Position numbers and translations under genes: made by a program. Below the pieces are notes generated by a model that searched no databases, was not told the origin of the DNA, and worked only from the letters and a program-made list of their open reading frames with translations. Shown here one piece after another: positions 63,491 through 64,000 of a stretch of DNA of 64,000 nt. Numbering within the stretch: position 1 is the first letter of the stretch; every line of letters begins with the position of its first letter. The stretch comes from a virus, in IMG/VR virus record IMGVR_UViG_3300030380_004057, positions 12,965 to 76,964 of that record, one strand, 5' to 3'.

Positions 63491-64000
63491 TAGAGTGTTT
63501 TAAGTGCCTGTTCTTGCGCAGGCGTTAATTGATACTTTGCTTTGATAGCATCTATTTTACCACCAGACTTGATATAGCTTTTAGCTTTATCTAAGCTATC
63601 TAGCTTATCCTTATCGTGGTTATTAGTAGCATCACTATCTTTAGTATCATCAATTAGGAATAAATTTCCTAACGCATACTTCTTCGCATAACTCGACGCG
63701 CTACCAAACTGCTGTGGTGCCTGCATACCTTTTTGGTTTACATCAACACCGACAATAGATGTAGCGTGTATAGCACCGTCACCGTCAGTAATACTAGCAG
63801 TTGATTTAATAATAGGCATAGGCCCATCAACAACTAATTCTTCACTAATTGTAACTGTAACTCCTAACTTGTTAAGAAAGGGTTTTGTAGCTTCGAGAAT
63901 GTCTTCGGCTGAACGGAAGTAGTATTTGCCGAATGAGTTAAATCTACTCTTCTTCGATTTAAACTCTGTTTGAATTTGTGATAATTTTTGGTATATGGTC
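63490..64000 (-). CDS. ERF family ssDNA annealing protein (start just outside window)
   Basis: Frame open to window end: NSFGKYYFRSAEDILEA..P and GSASSYAKKYAL. Confidence 0.9.
   Translation of the reverse strand, partial: TIYQKLSQIQTEFKSKKSRFNSFGKYYFRSAEDILEATKPFLNKLGVTVTISEELVVDGPMPIIKSTASITDGDGAIHATSIVGVDVNQKGMQAPQQFGSASSYAKKYALGNLFLIDDTKDSDATNNHDKDKLDSLDKAKSYIKSGGKIDAIKAKYQLTPAQEQALKTL

Overview
About 64 kb of an AT-rich tailed phage genome, most likely a marine Flavobacteriia (Bacteroidetes) podovirus with the architecture of Cellulophaga phi38:1-like phages (assignment from gene content, not a search). Three blocks: (1) 1-4.6 kb, leftward early region of small ORFs, a partial DNA ligase, a tRNA-Met(CAT) plus two other structured RNAs, punctuated by seven copies of a bipartite promoter-like motif; (2) 4.9-54.9 kb, rightward late region: four repeat-rich tail fibres, a run of about 12 tiny basic proteins, GroEL/GroES, holin, TerS/TerL, portal, scaffold, major capsid, tail ring/nozzle proteins, three ejection proteins (one of 2704 aa), an envelope-protein cluster and an M15 endolysin; (3) 54.9-64 kb, leftward replication and nucleotide block: NrdA/NrdB, endonuclease, MazG-like enzymes, a dCMP-hydroxymethylase-like ThyA homologue, primase-helicase, SSB, RecE-like nuclease, ERF recombinase. 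Most striking: +1-frame ORFs nested in TerL (a 231-codon lipoprotein-like ORF) and in nrdA/nrdB; a sigma-factor-like domain inside the giant ejection protein that could pair with the early promoter motif; a 46-nt tRNA mimic with no D or anticodon arm; a probable cytosine-modification cassette; and an NrdA apparently missing its specificity loop.
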